Under the pieces are notes generated by a model. The model had not been told where the DNA came from. It searched no databases and was given only the letters and a program-made list of their open reading frames with translations. From Schizochytrium sp. TIO01 (Eukaryota > Protista > Bigyra: Labyrinthulomycetes): a stretch of DNA of 64,000 nucleotides. The translations under genes and the position numbers were made by a program. Of the stretch, positions 58,005 through 64,000 are shown in pieces (positions within the stretch are counted from its first letter, which is position 1; the number at the start of each line of letters is the position of its first letter). The stretch lies in contig SMSO01000037.1 of assembly GCA_004764695.1 (NCBI GenBank), positions 3,076,747 to 3,140,746 of the forward strand, in the 5' to 3' direction.

Positions 58005-58513
58005 TTCGTTTCTAACCTGATCGTCGCGCCCCTTTCAAGGTCCACGTCGAACAAAGTTCTTCTCCGCAGCAAGCGAAGGTCGCACTGCTACTACCTGTCA
58101 CTTATCATTGAGCGTTCTCAAAGTAAAAATTAACTTGCTTTACGCGCAAATACATGCCTTCAGGCTCCATGCGCATCCAATGCTAAATCGCATTGATCCG
58201 TTGTGCAGTATAAGACTCAGATCGATTACCAGTAGGTAGTAAGTAGGCGGGTAATACCTGCTAAATACACATAGACGTAGCACATTTGACTACTATTTAC
58301 TATAGGCTTGCTGCAAATACTTAGAAGTATAGTGGTACCTACTAAGGTTGTATCTACTTTCTTTAATTTGAAAAAAAGGATAAAGATAGATATAGATAAA
58401 GATTATCACGCAGTATTATCATGCAAGCAGAATAGAGGATAGATTGTATGACAAGGTAGCACCAGTCCCAGAACTTCGAGATTGCTCAAGCGAAAACGCT
58501 CACGAAAACTCAG

Positions 58514-58960
58514 GTAAGTTCGACGACCCTTGCAGCAGACTTTTATTCTCACGTACGAACCGCCGCCAGGAGCAGTCTAAGTGGAGGAACGATGGCCGCG
58601 AAAATCGAGGCGATTGAAAGGACGGTCTGCGCCTCATGCTTGAGCTTGGACATAGGAGAATGAGAATTGGATATCCAGTATGATGTGTCCTTCTCTCCTC
58701 TAATATGGGGTGCGATTGCATGCAGGTATTGGACTAGCATGGGTAGAGCTCCTACCATGCAGAAAATCCTATTGTACTTGAAAACACTTGATCGGGAATA
58801 TCAACGCACGAACCGATTCATCAAAATATGCTAATAAGCTAAATCACAGGAACCAACGTTTAAGGGTGACTATTCTGTCTGATTGGACTCTGAGGACTAA
58901 CAACCATGATGGTCTATCACTTTTACGGTTAACAAACCTAAATTAAACTCCTCACAACAG
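58514..58960 (+). other. Possible 5'UTR intron of the dienelactone hydrolase gene
   Basis: CAG|GTAAGT at 58514, ACTAAC at 58896-58901, an AG-free tract, and acceptor ACAACAG at 58960, 13 nt before the ATG. Confidence 0.5.
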
Positions 58961-58973
58961 TTACTCTACGCAA

Positions 58974-60333
58974 ATGGCAACCATGCAGGCTATTGAGAAG
59001 ACCGTGTCTGGCATCCCGGTGCACATCTACAAGGGCACCAGCTCCAAGGGTGCTCTTGTGCTTCTCCAGGTAAGTTAATAATAACTTTACACGTCTTTTG
59101 CTGCTGGCGATGCGTTCATTCTTTGGCCTAATGCAGACTATGCTTGACTATTTGATCGAGGCAGAAAGACTTACTGATGAGTGATATTGACAGGAATGGT
59201 GGGGTATCACTGAGGAGCTCAAGCTCCAGGCCCAGCATGTTGTAGCCCACCGTGGTTGCACCGTCCTCCTCCCGGACCTTTACAAGGGTGAATCCACTCT
59301 TGATGCTGAGGAGGCTCACCACAAGATGAGCAACCTTGACTGTAAGTTTTAGAGCTTTACTGGATTATAGTGTCCTCAAGTGTCTTTTTTCGTGCAAGAT
59401 TGAACGTGACAAAGTTGCTAACCATTGTTTTTTTTTTTTTTTTTTGTAAAAACAATTTGACAAATTTTGATTTCGTAGTTCCCCAGGCCGTCAAGGAGAT
59501 TGGTATTGTCGCTCAGTACCTTAAGGACGAAGAGAGCTGCGAGAACGTTGGAGTTATGGGCTTCTGCATGGTATGTTGTTCATATTGTTTGGGTGCATGA
59601 TTTCCATGTAAGAATATGTGCGGATCTTGAGCTAACACTCTCGTTTTCACGGTGTTTTTGATTATTTGTTTTGGTAAAATAGGGTGGTGCTCTTGCCACT
59701 GCTGCATCCATCAACTGCACTGACTCTGATGGAAAGCCTCTCTTTGCTTGCGGCCTCCCATTCTATGGAATCCCTCCTCTTGAGCTTGCGGTAAGTTAAT
59801 TGCATGGTTCATTTTCAAAGAAAGTAGTTTATGTGATCTAACGTTGCAGGAGCTCATTTGCCCATCCGCGGTGATAAAATCAATGAAACGGAAAACAGGA
59901 CCCGAGCACCTGCAAGGTCCCGCTCTCTTGCCACTTCGGCTCTCGTGACAACATGGCTGGCTTCTCGGATCCCGAGGCCCAGGACAAATTCGAGGAGGCC
60001 CTTAAGAAGTCTGGCGTTGAGTTCGAGTTCTTCCGTTACGAGAAGTGTGGCCACGCCTTCATGAACAGTAAGTTTTTTTCGAGCAACATTATAGTTTATG
60101 AAAGATCACCCGTTTAAACTTTACTAACACTTGCACAATCAAATAAACTTTCTGAACCCTGACTCCTTACTTAATTATACGTCTTCGCTTATTTAGGTCT
60201 TCCTGAGTCTGTTGCTCGCAAGAAGGAGCTCGGCCAGATTGGCGATGGCGAGAACGACGCCAAGCACGATCCGTCCTCCATCACCACTGCCTGGGTGCGC
60301 TCCTTTAACTTCCTCCAGAAGCACAGCATCTAA
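58974..60333 (+). CDS. Dienelactone hydrolase (carboxymethylenebutenolidase) family protein, six coding exons, 249 aa
   Basis: Exons 58974-59069, 59194-59341, 59479-59570, 59683-59790, 59899-60067 and 60197-60333 join through GT(A/T-rich)..AG introns into a 750-nt frame. It contains LQEWWG, PDLYKG, nucleophile GFCMGG, FYGIP, HFGSRD, GHAFMN and AWVRSFNFL. Missing from the ORF track. Confidence 0.93.
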
Positions 60334-60787
60334 TTTGATAAAATCTAAACTAAATCTCCCTTTTTCTGTTTGGTACGGCCTCTATATGAAAGACAATCTA
60401 AGTTAGGTATGCTTTAAACTATGGAGCCCCTGTAGCTATCCTCGTCTTCAATCCTCACCTTGGCAATGGACTAATTCGAAGATCCGTTCTATGAAATAAG
60501 ATGGGGGTATACAAGAAAATAATCCTATTGGCTTTCTTTAACTTTGAATATGCCAACTACTATAATGAGAAAAGGAATTACTCCAATCATAACCCCTAAG
60601 AAATGACCAGAGGAGTGTGTACTACAGGCAGAATTGCTGAAGCAGGAGCAAACTAATCAGATGACAGGCACAAGAGCGTAGCTGCACTGTGCGGATTCTC
60701 GTAGCTTTATACGCGAGGTTTCATTTGGTGGTTTGACCACGTCATTCACCTCTACCTGTTCCACGACCTGAGGAGTGTCTGACAACT

Positions 60788-63544
60788 ATGCAGAGGCGTC
60801 CACGATCGTTCGTGACGACATGGCACGACCAACCTCCAAACCTACAGAAAAGAGGCACTCGACCCAGTCTAAACCCAAGTGAGCTTGGTACATCAACACG
60901 AAATTTATTACATCAAGTTCCTCAGTTAGCAAATTCGTCTCCCAAAGGAAAGGTATCGGTTCCACGAGCACCGTCTAAGCCAAAACGAAGCTTGTTTCGA
61001 GCAGATTTTGATGCTTCGCCAAAGGAGCAGTACCTCGTGCCTGCACAGCCTACTATAGACTCAATAGGTATAACCTCAAAAAAGGCCAATTTGTTGGAAG
61101 GCCCTCGACGATATACCGTAGCAGGAGAAGAGTCAGCTCATCAGAGAGCCTTGAAAAAATTAAACAACGAAGAAACGAAAGATCAAACAGGCACCAACAG
61201 GCATTCTTCTGCAGTAACTGACACTCAGCATAGCAGAATAGGTCCAACTGCCAAGAAACCCTTGAATCAAGCATCACGTGGGTCGTCCACAAATGATTTG
61301 CTGAAGCCTCGAATTACACGACAACGTACAGAAGCATTGATCCGTGATGCTGTAAATGAGCTAGCACAAGCACCAGTGAAGACTAGACGCTTGACCATTG
61401 AGAAAAGGTCATCTCTGCTTCTCGAAGCTCTTCACAAGTCAGGAGGTACGAAATTTCTTCAAGACATGGCCTCTAAAAACACAACGTTAGTCACTATGGA
61501 GGATTCTGTAGAGAAAGACAGAACATATCAGAACATGTCCTCATACATGATGAGCTTTCGAGGAACTAATCCCCTCGCCCCTCGAGTAAATCAGATTGGA
61601 TCCGATAGAAATGAGGAAGGTGATGAAGATGGAAATGAATCGGAAGGGGAAACAGACGGCATGCAAGGACGCCTCAAGTTATCCTCAGCAAGATCTACAA
61701 TGAAACGGAGTTCGCAACGACGGCTTCATTCAGGATCATCGAATGGGATGTCCAACTCTCCTCAAGCTGGGAAACGTGAAAGCAATCAGTCAGAAGAGCA
61801 ACTTGAAACTGAAGAAGCACCCGTAGAAAGTGCGCGTGTAAGAGTGATTCGCAAACTACGTCTTGTCGGACGCATGGCTGTTGTTATGCGAAACTACCGT
61901 TTAGAGGCTGAAGAGAAATTACGATTAGACCGAATTGAGAAGCGCTGGAATCTTGTGCGGCAAATTGCAAAGGCCTCGTTGGCCATTCTTCACATGCGCA
62001 AAGGCGTTACTGATGGAACACAAGGGACTTGGTTTGAAGACTATCCGAAGCTACGCAAAAACCTGCTTACTCACCCAGCAGAACGATCGCCACGTGATAT
62101 TCAGGAAATCGCCCTTGAGCTTGCGAACATTCGAACTATAAGCGAATATAATATACCTCTCCCTGATCGTATACGTATTGCGCAGTCAGCAGAACTCGAG
62201 GTATGTCCATCTGGCCAAGCAATATTTCATCAAAATGATGAGGGCAGCTATTTCTACATTATTCTTGCAGGTAAAGTTTCTATTCAAGTAAGGGATACAG
62301 AATCCTTATCGCTGGGTTATCAAGACTCATCAGATCGATTAAATCGAAGTCGAAGAGGTACGCGAAGGCGGTCCTCTTCGTCGAACACTGTGAGTCGAAG
62401 AGCAAGTACAAGTTCGGAATCTGGTTCTCTGGCAATGCAACGTGGATTCCGACCTAGGACATCATCTCAAGGCGAAAAGCGACAGGGAAACATTCGAGGA
62501 ACCCCAGAAAGTGGACGTCGAGGAACACCGCCTACCCAAGACCGTCCTGTGCGTCATGCAAATCTTGAAACGCGAATCTTCGGGGAAGCTCGAGCCGCAG
62601 AGCTGAATCAGTCTGTGCAACATCACGCCAAACGGAAGAACCAGGTCACCTTTACTGAAGTTGCTGTCTTGAGGGCCGGACAATCGTTTGGTGGTCTTGG
62701 TCTACGTACTGTTGCTCTCGGAAAACGCAAAGCTTCTGCAATTGCTGCAGAGTATACAGAGATGTTGCGTATTGATGCTGTGAGCTACAGAGATGCTTTT
62801 ATGAGTCACGAGATGGAGCTTATATCTAAACCTGCCCAATTTATTAAAGATCTACCTCATTTTGCAGGTTTATCAGAAGATGAGGTTACACAACTTGCAT
62901 ATAATGTTCGCATTGCACAATATGCCAGCGGGAGTGTGATTTTTAGACAAGGTTTCCCTGTCGATGATACAAAATATTTTGGAATCGTAAAAGTCGGACG
63001 ATGTAGACGCATCAAACTTATTCAGCGCAATGGAGAAGACCCATCGCTCGAGGATCTTCATCGGATTGCTGGGGATGATCAAGTCACAAGTTCTACGAAC
63101 GAGCTCTACGAGTATACTCTGGGATCTGTTGGCCCAGGAGGAATTCTCGCGGAGGGAAGCATTTTAGCTGATGCTAACAACACAAGAATGCATCCCCATG
63201 CAGTTGTTGCAGAAACATGTGTGGAGATTTTATACATTGCTCGTAATGCGCTCGTCTTCACACTTCGCAATGGCAATAAGTTTCGTAAATTGCTTAAATT
63301 GTTGCCTGTAGTCCCGCACAAAGACAAGTTAAGCGATTTACTAGACCAGCAGCATATATGGGAACGTTTTCAGCGTCGCTTTGTCCACGAAATTCTCAAA
63401 GAATCGCCTCGTGGACGAAAAATTGCTTCATTAATTGAGCGCCAAGAGCCACCACGGCTTGTGGATGTAATGAAATTAGAACGAGATCGCATTAGAAGCA
63501 AAGAGTTGGCAGACGCTCAGAATCGTCCAGCACACTCTCAATAG
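60788..63544 (+). CDS. Protein with two cyclic-nucleotide-binding (CNB) domains and a long disordered N-terminus, 918 aa
   Basis: CNB1: GQAIFHQNDEGSYFYIILAGKVSI ... LRAGQSFGGLGL ... RKASAIA ... MLRID. CNB2: FAGLSEDEVTQLA ... GSVIFRQG ... FGIVKVGRC ... VGPGGILAE ... VVAETCVEILYI. A helical RSPRDIQEI segment precedes CNB1. Confidence 0.85.
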   Translation: MQRRPRSFVTTWHDQPPNLQKRGTRPSLNPSELGTSTRNLLHQVPQLANSSPKGKVSVPRAPSKPKRSLFRADFDASPKEQYLVPAQPTIDSIGITSKKANLLEGPRRYTVAGEESAHQRALKKLNNEETKDQTGTNRHSSAVTDTQHSRIGPTAKKPLNQASRGSSTNDLLKPRITRQRTEALIRDAVNELAQAPVKTRRLTIEKRSSLLLEALHKSGGTKFLQDMASKNTTLVTMEDSVEKDRTYQNMSSYMMSFRGTNPLAPRVNQIGSDRNEEGDEDGNESEGETDGMQGRLKLSSARSTMKRSSQRRLHSGSSNGMSNSPQAGKRESNQSEEQLETEEAPVESARVRVIRKLRLVGRMAVVMRNYRLEAEEKLRLDRIEKRWNLVRQIAKASLAILHMRKGVTDGTQGTWFEDYPKLRKNLLTHPAERSPRDIQEIALELANIRTISEYNIPLPDRIRIAQSAELEVCPSGQAIFHQNDEGSYFYIILAGKVSIQVRDTESLSLGYQDSSDRLNRSRRGTRRRSSSSNTVSRRASTSSESGSLAMQRGFRPRTSSQGEKRQGNIRGTPESGRRGTPPTQDRPVRHANLETRIFGEARAAELNQSVQHHAKRKNQVTFTEVAVLRAGQSFGGLGLRTVALGKRKASAIAAEYTEMLRIDAVSYRDAFMSHEMELISKPAQFIKDLPHFAGLSEDEVTQLAYNVRIAQYASGSVIFRQGFPVDDTKYFGIVKVGRCRRIKLIQRNGEDPSLEDLHRIAGDDQVTSSTNELYEYTLGSVGPGGILAEGSILADANNTRMHPHAVVAETCVEILYIARNALVFTLRNGNKFRKLLKLLPVVPHKDKLSDLLDQQHIWERFQRRFVHEILKESPRGRKIASLIERQEPPRLVDVMKLERDRIRSKELADAQNRPAHSQ

Positions 63545-64000
63545 AGAACAGGCGGAGTAGACAAGGAAAGTGATATGGTTGTACAATACTAAGAACATGA
63601 AAAAGATTGTTAAATTTGTTTTAATTATGGAGTGTAAGGCGATTACTTTCATGAAGGTACTATTCACCTCTTTTCCTAAATAGTAGAGGTCATGCGCTAA
63701 AATGCAATATGAGCATTAACCGCGGCAGTGGCCATAGGGTACTAAGCTTTTTTTTTTCTTTTTTTTTTCTTTTCCTTTCTAGACGCGCTTACACAAGACC
63801 TTAGCCAAAGATCCATCTAAAAATTTGGAAAATGCAAGTGTCCCACCAACAATTGCTAATAGATCAACTAGCACTTGCGTCACTGTAAGAACACGATCTT
63901 TACGAACGATTGCGAAGGGTGAAATATCGTACACAAAGAAAACACCCGGTAGCTGTGAGATCGTTGTCCCTTGAGAAGCAAGCGCTGAGCCTAGGCCTGC

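Overview
Eukaryotic genomic DNA: spliceosomal GT-AG introns, many microsatellites, long intergenic tracts, and no operons, rRNA, tRNA or CRISPR that I can see. The mostly intronless genes and the repeat content suggest a stramenopile protist such as a thraustochytrid; this is inference only. Eleven protein-coding loci are supported. Three are same-strand paralogues of a class-V PLP cysteine-desulfurase-like enzyme. The first (744-3944) is fused in one ORF to a complete TtcA-type tRNA 2-thiocytidine synthetase domain. The other two (10823-12929, 26594-28862) lack TtcA, share a different tail, and are each broken by exactly one extra C. The rest are a WD40-cyclophilin (PPWD1-like), a secreted class-3 lipase, pyruvate kinase, ESF2/ABT1, an NB-ARC/STAND-TPR NLR-like protein with a possible SAM-like insert, a large TPR/disordered protein, a six-exon dienelactone hydrolase that the ORF track misses, and a tandem cyclic-nucleotide-binding-domain protein. 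The best candidate for an undescribed system is the desulfurase-TtcA fusion with its frameshifted paralogues. The NLR-like gene and an unusual branch-point geometry come next.
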